Shown here one piece after another: positions 41,847 through 50,792 of a stretch of 64,000 nt of DNA. Position numbers and translations under genes: made by a program. The first letter of the stretch is position 1; every line of letters begins with the position of its first letter. The notes beneath the pieces are model-generated. The model was not told the origin of the DNA. It saw only the letters and a list, made by a program, of their open reading frames with translations, and ran no database searches. Where the stretch lies: positions 128,001 through 192,000 of the forward strand of contig CAVYYZ010000005.1 in NCBI GenBank assembly GCA_963772835.1, given 5' to 3'. The DNA is from an uncultured delta proteobacterium (GTDB taxonomy: Bacteria; Desulfobacterota; Desulfuromonadia; Geobacterales; Pseudopelobacteraceae).

Positions 41847-43217
41847 ATGAAAAGAATTAGAAATCTGACCATTGGCTGTGCATTTACGCTGTTTGCAAGC
41901 GCTTCTGCAGCATCGGCCTTTGTGCAGTATCCCTACGACATTGACAACACACCGAAATGCTGGACTGATTGGGCAGTTCTCGGGCCTGCGGTCTGCCCTT
42001 CCGGCCAGGAGAGAGGTGCAGAAGACATCGACTGGAACAACGACGGCATATTTGACGCGCCGCCGTTGTTGCCCAGCGGCAAGCCGTCCGCAACCTACAT
42101 GCATTTGTCGGCCGGTGATGGCATGGCAAAAATGGCCGATGGCTCAGACATGTATATCTTCAGTTTCTCGAACCTGACGGACATCAGAGCTGCAGACACA
42201 ATGGCTGCAGGCTCATTCCACGCGGAAATATCGGCGCCCACGATCGATGTCAACGAAGGACAGGCTTTTTATCTCACGCTGAGCAACGTCGGCATGGTGT
42301 TGCGCCCAGACCTCTTTGACCCGCATACGGTTCACTTTCACGGGTATCCGAATGCTGCGTCGGTATTTGATGGCGAGCCGATGGCAAGCTTCGGAATCCG
42401 GATGATGCAGGACGTGACCTATTTTTATCAGCCATACGGACCGGTGTATCAACCGACGTCGGAATGCGTAGACCCCGGTTCTGCCGGCACGTATATGTAC
42501 CACTGCCATGTGGAGGCGACAGAGCATATGGAGATGGGCATGCTGGGCAACAGTATCATCCGGCCTTCTCAGGATGGTCTTTCAAAAATCTATTCGGGTG
42601 ACGGCAAAACCTATACAAAGTTTGCGTATAACGATTGCCTGTCAGCAAGTGACCCGCTCTGCGGTTCCACCGGGTATGACGTTGAAAAAGCGATACAGTT
42701 TACCGCGTTTGACCCTGTTTTCCATCAGGCCGATTTAGATGCACAGCCACCGCCTTTTTCAACAATTACACCGGTGTATTTTCTTTTAAACGGCAGAAGT
42801 TATCCGGATACAGTTTCACCGGTAGCCATTACAAACAGCGAGGGTTTCGCGGCCCAAAAACTGGATGCAAAAATAACCGCAATCTCCGGTCAGACGATTC
42901 TCCTGCGTTTGTCAAATCTTTCCGTCAAGGATTTTATAACGATTGAGGCGCCCGGGTTAACGTTCAATGTGGTAGCAATGTGCGCCAGGCAATTACGCAA
43001 TCCGGGACCTGACGGATTCTACGGTACTGCCGATGACCAGGATCTCTCCTATACCGCCAATTCAGTGATGATCGGCGCCGGAGAATCATTTGACGTTATC
43101 ATAAGAACCGCCGGCGTTCCTGCTGGCACGTATTACCTGACCTCCAGAAACCTTGACCAGCTTAATAACAATGGCATTGAGCGCGGCGGCGCCATGACAG
43201 AGATTACGATCCAGTAA
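41847..43217 (+). CDS. Two-domain multicopper-oxidase-like protein A (T1 site plus His pairs in domain 1)
   Basis: Sec signal; HTVHFHG and YHCHVEATEHMEMGM; domain 2 lacks His motifs; AGGAGG RBS. Confidence 0.88.
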   Translation: MKRIRNLTIGCAFTLFASASAASAFVQYPYDIDNTPKCWTDWAVLGPAVCPSGQERGAEDIDWNNDGIFDAPPLLPSGKPSATYMHLSAGDGMAKMADGSDMYIFSFSNLTDIRAADTMAAGSFHAEISAPTIDVNEGQAFYLTLSNVGMVLRPDLFDPHTVHFHGYPNAASVFDGEPMASFGIRMMQDVTYFYQPYGPVYQPTSECVDPGSAGTYMYHCHVEATEHMEMGMLGNSIIRPSQDGLSKIYSGDGKTYTKFAYNDCLSASDPLCGSTGYDVEKAIQFTAFDPVFHQADLDAQPPPFSTITPVYFLLNGRSYPDTVSPVAITNSEGFAAQKLDAKITAISGQTILLRLSNLSVKDFITIEAPGLTFNVVAMCARQLRNPGPDGFYGTADDQDLSYTANSVMIGAGESFDVIIRTAGVPAGTYYLTSRNLDQLNNNGIERGGAMTEITIQ

Positions 43218-43235
43218 ATGATGGGAGGATTTTCC

Positions 43236-44774
43236 ATGAACACGTCTACAACAGTGTGGCGCCTTATGTTAGTTGCGCTTGTAGTAATGGCATCACCGGT
43301 CAGCCAGGCACACGCAATCATACAAGGCCTTACCGGTTCAACATTCAATTTCACCGCCAGGTCCGGGCACATTACCGCAGGAGATGGAGCCAGCCTGCTG
43401 TTCTGGGGCTTTGCCGACACAAGCCCGACTGGAAGCGGCATAGTTCAGTACCCCGGACCGACACTTATACTCACTGAAGGGCAGACAGTTACCGTCACCC
43501 TTGCCAATCAGCTTGCCGAACCGGTTTCTCTGCTTTTCCCCGGCATGACGATGACAAGTTCCACTACGCCGGTTTTTACTGCCGGGGCAAAAGCAAAGTT
43601 GAGTTCTCTTGCTCCGGAAGCCCCGCCGAATGGTACCCGAACCTATACCTTTAAAGCTTCAAAAGCCGGCACGTACTATTATGAGAGCGGGTCCAACCAG
43701 CCGATCCAGTTGCGTATGGGGCTTTTCGGTGCAATTGTAGTACGTCCCGCAGCCTATAAAACGACCCCTCTCCCTAATGTGGTTCCGTACGGACTGAACG
43801 CTTTTGCCGATTATCCTACAAACTCGGCACGGCATCCACAGGTCCGCGTAAACTACAATGACAGTACCGGAATCGGTGGTGTCGCGTATGCCCCATCCAC
43901 GTCTAATGACCTGACAACCGCGTATGACCGTGAATATCTGATTGTAGGGAGCGAGATGGATCCTGATTTTCATAAATGGATGGAATTCGGTGGTACATAC
44001 AACCTGAGTAAGTGGAGATCAAACTACTGGTTTTTTAACGGCCGCAATGCTCCCGACACCATGGACATGCCGAATTCAGCCAACCTGCCAAACCAGCCGT
44101 ATAACGCAATGCCCCTGGCTCATCCCGGCGAGCGGGTTTTGATGCGGCTTGTCAACATGGGGCAGGAATTCCACCCGTTTCACCATCATGGCAATCACTC
44201 CAGGGTAATCGCCATTGACGGGAACCTGCTCAGCTCGGATCCGGCCACCTCGGGTGCCGACCTTGCCTGGCTTGCTTTTACTGAAACCATGTCGCCCGGA
44301 AAAACCATGGATACAATCTTCACCTGGAGCGGAGCGAATCTCGGGTGGGATATTTATTCAGATACTGCGAGAATCCGCCCGTATGAATACATGGCAGACC
44401 ATGGCAGGACATATCAGCCCAACATCCAGCCGGTGCAGGCACAAACAACGCCGCCGGTATCAACTCCTGCCTTGAAATTACCTCCTCAGGGTGTACCGGT
44501 TGTACTTCCAAGCATTGAGCAGATCATTGCCGGGGCCACGTACAGCGGAAGCCCGTATCTGGGCGTAGCTGGCCCACTTCCTCCCGGAGAAGGCGGTTTT
44601 AATCCCTTGAACGGCTATTTTTTCATGTTTCATAGTCATGCAGAGCTCGAAATCACCAATAACAACACTTTTCCCGGAGGAATGCTGACCATGATGGGTA
44701 TAATCCCATGGCCTGATCCTGCAACCGGTGTCATGGACAATCTTGACCCCGCTTCAGATATGTACATGCCCTAA
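43236..44774 (+). CDS. Two-domain multicopper-oxidase-like protein B (His pairs in domain 2, no T1 Cys)
   Basis: Sec signal; YPGPTL; HPFHHHGNH and MFHSH; GGAGG RBS. Confidence 0.86.
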   Translation: MNTSTTVWRLMLVALVVMASPVSQAHAIIQGLTGSTFNFTARSGHITAGDGASLLFWGFADTSPTGSGIVQYPGPTLILTEGQTVTVTLANQLAEPVSLLFPGMTMTSSTTPVFTAGAKAKLSSLAPEAPPNGTRTYTFKASKAGTYYYESGSNQPIQLRMGLFGAIVVRPAAYKTTPLPNVVPYGLNAFADYPTNSARHPQVRVNYNDSTGIGGVAYAPSTSNDLTTAYDREYLIVGSEMDPDFHKWMEFGGTYNLSKWRSNYWFFNGRNAPDTMDMPNSANLPNQPYNAMPLAHPGERVLMRLVNMGQEFHPFHHHGNHSRVIAIDGNLLSSDPATSGADLAWLAFTETMSPGKTMDTIFTWSGANLGWDIYSDTARIRPYEYMADHGRTYQPNIQPVQAQTTPPVSTPALKLPPQGVPVVLPSIEQIIAGATYSGSPYLGVAGPLPPGEGGFNPLNGYFFMFHSHAELEITNNNTFPGGMLTMMGIIPWPDPATGVMDNLDPASDMYMP

Positions 44775-44795
44775 GATGATAACGGAGGCTTCAAT

Positions 44796-46103
44796 ATGAA
44801 CTTTATGCGGCTAAACATACCAACCATGAGCCTGCTGTTACTCCTTACGGCTCTCCCGGCATCACAATCACGCGCGGCAACCGTCACGTATAACCTGCGG
44901 GCAGAACTGAGTAATATGGCCATGCCAGACAACAGCCTTGTACCCGTATGGGGGTTCGCAGATGATTCTGCCGGAGCAAACTCCGGTGTAGTTACCGTCC
45001 CGGGGCCGCAATTGAAAGCGGCACCCGGTGATACCCTGGTAATCAACCTGAAAAACAATCTGCCGGTTCCGGTCTCGATTATTATTCCGGGGCAGAGATT
45101 AGTGCCGACGCCGACCTCTGACGGCGGGCGGGTATTGTCATTTGCCAATGAAGTGGCGGTCGGGGCAACAACTGCGTTAAATTTTACCTCGTTGAAAGCG
45201 GGAACATTTCTCTATGAAAGCAGCACAAACCAGGCTGTGCAGCTCCCAATGGGTCTGTACGGATCACTTGTAGTAGGACCGGGCGCTGCCGGCCCGGCCT
45301 ATACTCCGACGGCTGCCAATCCCGGTACTGTCTACGACAGTTATGAAGTGCTGCTGTTCAGTGACATACTGGGAAGATTTGATGCAGCCCAAAACAAATA
45401 TGTAACGTATAATCAGGATGTGGCTGATTGGGTGATCAATGGAATGGCCGGTGCCGCCAAACCGAATAGTGCAACGTATAGCCCTGTATATTACCTGATT
45501 AACGGCAAAAGCTTTCCCGATACGATAACGCCGGGCATATTTGCACCACCATCCAAAAAGACTCTGCTGCGTCTGATAAACGCAAGCGGTCATAACTACA
45601 TGCCTGAAATATCAGGGACCTATTTTGATGTAACGAACCAGCCGCACGCCTTTTCAACCTCGGTTATTGCCGAGGATGGAAACCTGTACAGATATGCCAG
45701 ACCGGGGGTAGCCATGGTACTGCCGGCCGGAAAAACACTCGATGCAATGCTTGACCTCACCCAGGCTGTCAGCGAAGGTTATTATGCACTGTATGACCGG
45801 AGACTTGGTCTCACTAATGCCGGTACGTTTCCGGGAGGTATGCTGACCTTTCTGTCAAGCTGGGACGGCACCAAAAACTGCAGCCCGCTCAAAGGTGATA
45901 TGAACGGTGATGGCCGCATAGATTTTGCGGATGTCATGGCGGTGCTGCGAGTTATCATAGTCGGCGGCTATAATGCCAACGGGGATGTATCGCCGCTCTC
46001 GTTAAGTGGCCTACCGTGTGGCAACGGAGCTGCAGGTGGCTCTCTGACACTGACTGACGCACTGTTGCTGCTGCAGAAAGCGGCCGGATTCGGTCCGTAT
46101 TGA
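44796..46103 (+). CDS. Two-domain cupredoxin-fold protein C without copper ligands, with C-terminal dockerin-like domain
   Basis: Sec signal; VPGPQL, GTFLYES...MGLYG, LINGK, LLRLINA, FPGGM, all paralogous to B; GDMNGDGRIDFAD tail. Confidence 0.82.
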   Translation: MNFMRLNIPTMSLLLLLTALPASQSRAATVTYNLRAELSNMAMPDNSLVPVWGFADDSAGANSGVVTVPGPQLKAAPGDTLVINLKNNLPVPVSIIIPGQRLVPTPTSDGGRVLSFANEVAVGATTALNFTSLKAGTFLYESSTNQAVQLPMGLYGSLVVGPGAAGPAYTPTAANPGTVYDSYEVLLFSDILGRFDAAQNKYVTYNQDVADWVINGMAGAAKPNSATYSPVYYLINGKSFPDTITPGIFAPPSKKTLLRLINASGHNYMPEISGTYFDVTNQPHAFSTSVIAEDGNLYRYARPGVAMVLPAGKTLDAMLDLTQAVSEGYYALYDRRLGLTNAGTFPGGMLTFLSSWDGTKNCSPLKGDMNGDGRIDFADVMAVLRVIIVGGYNANGDVSPLSLSGLPCGNGAAGGSLTLTDALLLLQKAAGFGPY

Positions 46104-46122
46104 GCGCAGGGAGATCAAAAAA

Positions 46123-46599
46123 ATGAGCCGGTTTTTCCTTGATAAAAGAGTAGCCACGACAGTTGCAGCGACGCTATGTGTACTCTGTTGTACCGAAAGG
46201 AACTCAATCGCACGGCCTGCTCCTTTTTCGGGTGCATCTTCAGCAATACAAAAGCAGATGAGTTCTGCACATGAGGCAGGCGGCATTAAAGTTGAACGGA
46301 TAACATATGCCGTAGGTGGAATGAAGCTGGACCTGCGCTATCGGGTTACAGACATCAAAAAAGCCAGGCAGATATTAACCGATGAAACTCATTTGGCCCT
46401 CATCGACCAGGCCACCGGCAACGTGCTGGGAGTACCGAATATGCCGAAAGTAGGCAAAATGCGGCAGGTTCCTAACCAGAACGAAACGTGGCGGGTCTAT
46501 TGGATGATGTTTGACAACCCCGGTGTACTTGTCAGAAAAGGCGGCAAGGTCACACTGGTAATAGGTGATATCAGGATAAAGGACATCATCGTTGAATAA
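46123..46599 (+). CDS. Exported hypothetical protein, predicted beta-sandwich
   Basis: N-terminal hydrophobic segment; GGAG RBS; alternating beta-strand pattern. Confidence 0.75.
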   Translation: MSRFFLDKRVATTVAATLCVLCCTERNSIARPAPFSGASSAIQKQMSSAHEAGGIKVERITYAVGGMKLDLRYRVTDIKKARQILTDETHLALIDQATGNVLGVPNMPKVGKMRQVPNQNETWRVYWMMFDNPGVLVRKGGKVTLVIGDIRIKDIIVE

Positions 46600-48199
46600 G
46601 TTGATTTGTCATGGATTACCGTATCACTGTTCTTTGATAGCTTTAGTACTACTTATGTCTGCCACCCTGTCTGAGGGAGGCACCATTGATCCGGAATTAG
46701 CCGGACAACTGGATTCGGCACCGTCAGTTCGTGAATTCACCGTACTGGTCAAACTGGAAAAGCCTGTCATCCAACCGGCTTCACCTGCACCGCTTGATCA
46801 TCAATCACGGCACGCCCGGGCGGTACAGGTTGTGCAGGCACTCAAGTCAGAGGCCGATTTTTCACAGCGCGGTATAATGACGATGCTTGCACAGAAAGAG
46901 CGCTCCGGCGGTTCCAGGAATACGAAACCATTCTGGATTTTTAACGGTTTTGCGGTAACGGCTACGGCGGATACAATACGTGAACTGGCAGACCGGGCCG
47001 ATGTTTCTTCAGTCATACCTGACCGGGTTTTTACGCTTGCATCCACCTCCGGTGTCACACCCTCTGTTGTGACAGACAGTTGGAATCTGGCACGAATTGG
47101 TGCACCGTCACTGTGGAGCAAGGGGTTTACCGGCCAGGGCGTGGTGGTGGCAAACATGGATACCGGAGTCGACGTCGGTCACCCGGCGTTGAGTTCCAAG
47201 TGGAGGAGCGGGAGCAACAGCTGGTTCGATCCATATCGCAGCACCACCGTACCGTATGACCTGTCCGGGCACGGCACAGCGACCATGGGGATAATCGTAG
47301 CGGGTAACACCAGCGATAATCAGATTGGAGTCGCTCCGGGGGCACAATGGATTGCAGCAAAGATTTTTGATGATTCCAACCCGCCCCAGACCGCACTCAG
47401 CAGGATTCATCAGGCTTTTCAGTGGCTCCTTGATCCGGATCAGAATCCGGCAACAAATGATACTCCGGATGTCGTCAACATTTCGTGGGATATGAATAAC
47501 CCCGGACAGTATGACGGTGAATTCGCGGCGGATATTCAGAGTTTACATTCGGCAGGAATCAGCGTGGTCTGCGTTTCAGGTAACGTTCTGATACGCCTGC
47601 CTACCGGGGAATCCACAAGCCCGGGCAATAATCCGGGGGCATTTCCGGTCGGAGCTACGGATGCAAATAATCTGATTACAAACTTCAGTGCCCGGGGGCC
47701 ATCAGCTTCTGACGGTTCTTTTTTTCCCGCTCTGGCGGCACCGGGGTCAGCAATACGAAGCACCGATCTTTTCAACACCTATGTGTCATTCAGCGGGACA
47801 TCCTTTGCGGCGCCGCATGTAGCAGGCGCACTGGCACTGCTTAAGTCGGCCATTCCGGGATTGAGCGCACGTGACGCTGAAACAGCTTTAAAGAATTCAG
47901 TGGTACCCGGCAGCGGTCCGGACAATGTGTACGGTTTTGGACGTCTGGAGGTAGCAAAAGCGTTTTCATACCTGACAATACCCGGAGATGCCAACGGCGA
48001 TGGACAGGTTGATTTTATTGATGTAATGGTCACCTTGAGAACAATAGTCGGGCTCAGTCCCACAAATGGCCTGATCGATAAAAATGCCAATCTGGCGCCT
48101 CTGGGGCAGGATGGCAGACCGCAGGGGCATAGCGGCCCGGTTAATCTTCAGGACGCCCTTTTGATACTGCAGCACGCGGCAGGTTTCATACGGTGGTAA
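46592..48199 (+). CDS. S8 (subtilisin-like) serine protease with propeptide and C-terminal dockerin-like domain
   Basis: Triad motifs MDTGV, GHGT, GTSFAAPHVAG; I9-like propeptide (WIFNGFAV); GDANGDGQVDFID tail; TTG start after AAGGA. Confidence 0.92.
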   Translation: MNKLICHGLPYHCSLIALVLLMSATLSEGGTIDPELAGQLDSAPSVREFTVLVKLEKPVIQPASPAPLDHQSRHARAVQVVQALKSEADFSQRGIMTMLAQKERSGGSRNTKPFWIFNGFAVTATADTIRELADRADVSSVIPDRVFTLASTSGVTPSVVTDSWNLARIGAPSLWSKGFTGQGVVVANMDTGVDVGHPALSSKWRSGSNSWFDPYRSTTVPYDLSGHGTATMGIIVAGNTSDNQIGVAPGAQWIAAKIFDDSNPPQTALSRIHQAFQWLLDPDQNPATNDTPDVVNISWDMNNPGQYDGEFAADIQSLHSAGISVVCVSGNVLIRLPTGESTSPGNNPGAFPVGATDANNLITNFSARGPSASDGSFFPALAAPGSAIRSTDLFNTYVSFSGTSFAAPHVAGALALLKSAIPGLSARDAETALKNSVVPGSGPDNVYGFGRLEVAKAFSYLTIPGDANGDGQVDFIDVMVTLRTIVGLSPTNGLIDKNANLAPLGQDGRPQGHSGPVNLQDALLILQHAAGFIRW

Positions 48200-48268
48200 A
48201 ACACTTTAACGAGTAGTTCTTTATATGACGGATAGTCAAATATTCTCACAACGTAACGGAGGAAACTC

Positions 48269-49087
48269 ATGAAATTTTCAACTACTATCGGCCTGGCTTT
48301 AGTCCTCATTACTTCTTTATTCCTGTTTGCATGCGGAGGAGGCGGTTCTTCGACGCCAACACCGACGACGCCGACAATACCGTCACTGACGGCCGACAAG
48401 ATGACGGCAGTTACGCCCGTACTCAATGGCGGCACAACAACCATTTCTTATAATTTCGGTACGTCGGTTGCGGATGGTACGGTGGTGACATACACCGTGT
48501 CACCTTCAAGCGCCGTTTTGTCCGGGAAATCAAATGTGACTGGCGGTATAGCCACTGTGGTCGTAACAAATGCCGCCCAGGCAAATGTAACGGTAACGGC
48601 AAGCATAGCGGGTGCAACGGGCTCTAAACTGGTTCAGTTCATACCGCAGCCTGACAAAGTCGTGGTTCATGTGGCAACAACCAAAACCATCAGCAATCTG
48701 GCGATTCTGACCTTTGGGCTGCGAACGAATCCGACCATCGACTGCCCCTACACTTCAACCACTCTGGCACCCGGTTATACCGGCTTCAACTCCAACAGTT
48801 CTTTTCTTCCAGCTGGAGGTGATTTATATTCCCTGTTTATTTTTACGGTTGGCTTCAACACAACACCCTCAACAAATTTTCAGGAGATGACTTTCACTCC
48901 TGCAGTTTCCGCCGGGATTCCGTTTTTTGAGGTCTTTCAGGTACCAAACAACCCACAGGATTTAAGCTTTGATGCCTATACAAACCCGGCGGATCTGAAC
49001 ATTATGTCATCCACAAACCTGGCGCCCGCAGATTTTGTCCTTACGACTGGATACTATCTGGGGACCACGTTGCTGGCGACTAATTAG
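48269..49087 (+). CDS. Lipoprotein with Ig-like domain and a possibly cohesin-like second domain
   Basis: Lipobox LFAC-GGGG, PT linker, Big-like DGTVVTY...TGGIATV; second beta-rich domain. Confidence 0.78.
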   Translation: MKFSTTIGLALVLITSLFLFACGGGGSSTPTPTTPTIPSLTADKMTAVTPVLNGGTTTISYNFGTSVADGTVVTYTVSPSSAVLSGKSNVTGGIATVVVTNAAQANVTVTASIAGATGSKLVQFIPQPDKVVVHVATTKTISNLAILTFGLRTNPTIDCPYTSTTLAPGYTGFNSNSSFLPAGGDLYSLFIFTVGFNTTPSTNFQEMTFTPAVSAGIPFFEVFQVPNNPQDLSFDAYTNPADLNIMSSTNLAPADFVLTTGYYLGTTLLATN

Positions 49088-49166
49088 ACATGCATGAATG
49101 CAGCATTTCGTTTGCCGCACCTTTCTGCCTGCCGGTCGACATGTTATCAGTGAAGGAGTTGAAATT

Positions 49167-50681
49167 ATGAAAAATACAGATGTTATGCCCGGATTCGGGC
49201 AAAAAGCCATATACCTGACGACTGCATTGCTGCTTATGCTTTCTCTGGCAGCATGCGGTGGCGGCAGAAATAGAGAAATAAAAATCGGTATGGGTGCGCT
49301 GATTATAACACCGACAACTGCCAGTGTGATTACGGGGTTATCAATTCCTCTGGCATCAAATAGTGCGGGTGTAACGTGGAGCGTAAAAGGCATCGCCGGC
49401 GGCAATGCCACCGTAGGAACGATTACCGCTTCCGGCGTGTATACCGCACCTGCAGTAAAGCCGGCTCCGGCAGTTGTGACGGTAACCGCGACAACGGCAG
49501 ACGCAAAACAAAGCGCATCGGCACAGATAACGATAAAGGATCTTGCCCTGTCCGGCCCTAGTGGCGGATATAGCGGGACTTTCAGTGCTGCAGGCAATCT
49601 GGCGACTGCCCGCAGCAACCATACAGCAACCCTGCTTGCCACCGGTGATGTCCTGGTGACAGGCGGCATCGGCACGTCCGGTGCGGCGATTGCCGGCGCT
49701 GAACTCTACAGAAGCGCTTCCGGCGATTTTGCCACTGTCGCGGAGATGGGCGTTACCCGGGCCTATCACACTTCTACCCTGCTGCGAAACGGCACGGTAC
49801 TTGTCACCGGCGGCTACGACAAGGACAACAATGTTCTTGCAACGGCAGAACTCTATGATCCGGCGTCAAAACGATTTCGGCCAACCGGCAGTCTGTCAGT
49901 CGGGCGTGCCTATCATAGTGCCACGCTGCTGTTGGATGGCACTGTGCTGATTGCCGGCGGCAGCCAGGTTTCCGATCTGACAACCGGAGCACCGCTGGAC
50001 AGCATCGAGATTTTTGATCCGGTACATGAAACGTTCACATCAATTTCAACTTCAGTGATGTCCGATTCCCGCTTTTCTCATTCCGCACAACTGCTGAATA
50101 ACGGCAAGGTGCTGATGGTTGGCGGTATAGGGCTCGCCGGACAGAAACTGGCCACCGCTGAATTGTATGATCCTGCATCAACAGCAGGCAATAAAATTTC
50201 GTCAACAGGTTCAATGACGACTCCACGCTGGCTGAACAGCATAGCGACCATGGCGGACGGCACGATTCTGGTAACCGGTGGTTCTTCGGGAACGATTTCA
50301 GGTGATGTCCCGTCTGCCACCTATCTTGCATCTGCTGAAACCTATGATCCTGTTACCGGAGTATTCACTGCTCTTGGCACGTCCTTGATCGATACCAGAG
50401 GATTCCACACATCAACCCTCCTGGCCGACAGCACCACGCTGATAGCCGGTGGTTACGGCCTATTGTCAACTTCAGCCGGCTTGACAGGTTCATCGCTGGC
50501 AACCGCAGAAATATTTAACAGCGGAGGTTCGTTCGTCTATTCCAACGGTGATATGCCGCTTGAACGTGCCAACCATACCGCCACCATGCTCCCTTCATCA
50601 GGTAAAGTACTCATAATTGGCGGAGGTGGCTACAGCGGTGGAACTTTTGCAGTTATGGACAGTGCGGTACTCTTTCAATAG
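49167..50681 (+). CDS. Lipoprotein with Ig-like domain and seven Kelch repeats
   Basis: Lipobox LAAC-GGG; VTWSV...GTITASGVYTAP; seven R..H.ATLL..G.VL..GG...AELY-type repeats. Confidence 0.88.
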   Translation: MKNTDVMPGFGQKAIYLTTALLLMLSLAACGGGRNREIKIGMGALIITPTTASVITGLSIPLASNSAGVTWSVKGIAGGNATVGTITASGVYTAPAVKPAPAVVTVTATTADAKQSASAQITIKDLALSGPSGGYSGTFSAAGNLATARSNHTATLLATGDVLVTGGIGTSGAAIAGAELYRSASGDFATVAEMGVTRAYHTSTLLRNGTVLVTGGYDKDNNVLATAELYDPASKRFRPTGSLSVGRAYHSATLLLDGTVLIAGGSQVSDLTTGAPLDSIEIFDPVHETFTSISTSVMSDSRFSHSAQLLNNGKVLMVGGIGLAGQKLATAELYDPASTAGNKISSTGSMTTPRWLNSIATMADGTILVTGGSSGTISGDVPSATYLASAETYDPVTGVFTALGTSLIDTRGFHTSTLLADSTTLIAGGYGLLSTSAGLTGSSLATAEIFNSGGSFVYSNGDMPLERANHTATMLPSSGKVLIIGGGGYSGGTFAVMDSAVLFQ

Positions 50682-50792
50682 AGAGCAAAGGCCCGGTTGA
50701 CCGGACAGTAATTCAAGCGTACTGTATCCAGCATCAGGTTTATTTTGATTCAAACGTAGGACATACTCAGGTTCATAACTAGCGAGGCAATA

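Noticed and set aside
41847..43217. Copper nitrite reductase (NirK) call for cupredoxin A
   Set aside because: It has HxH and HCH pairs typical of T2/T3 oxidase sites and no His ligand in domain 2, so a NirK homotrimer site cannot form
49167..50681. Galactose/glyoxal oxidase
   Set aside because: The protein ends right after the seventh Kelch repeat and lacks the C-terminal domain supplying the copper His ligand
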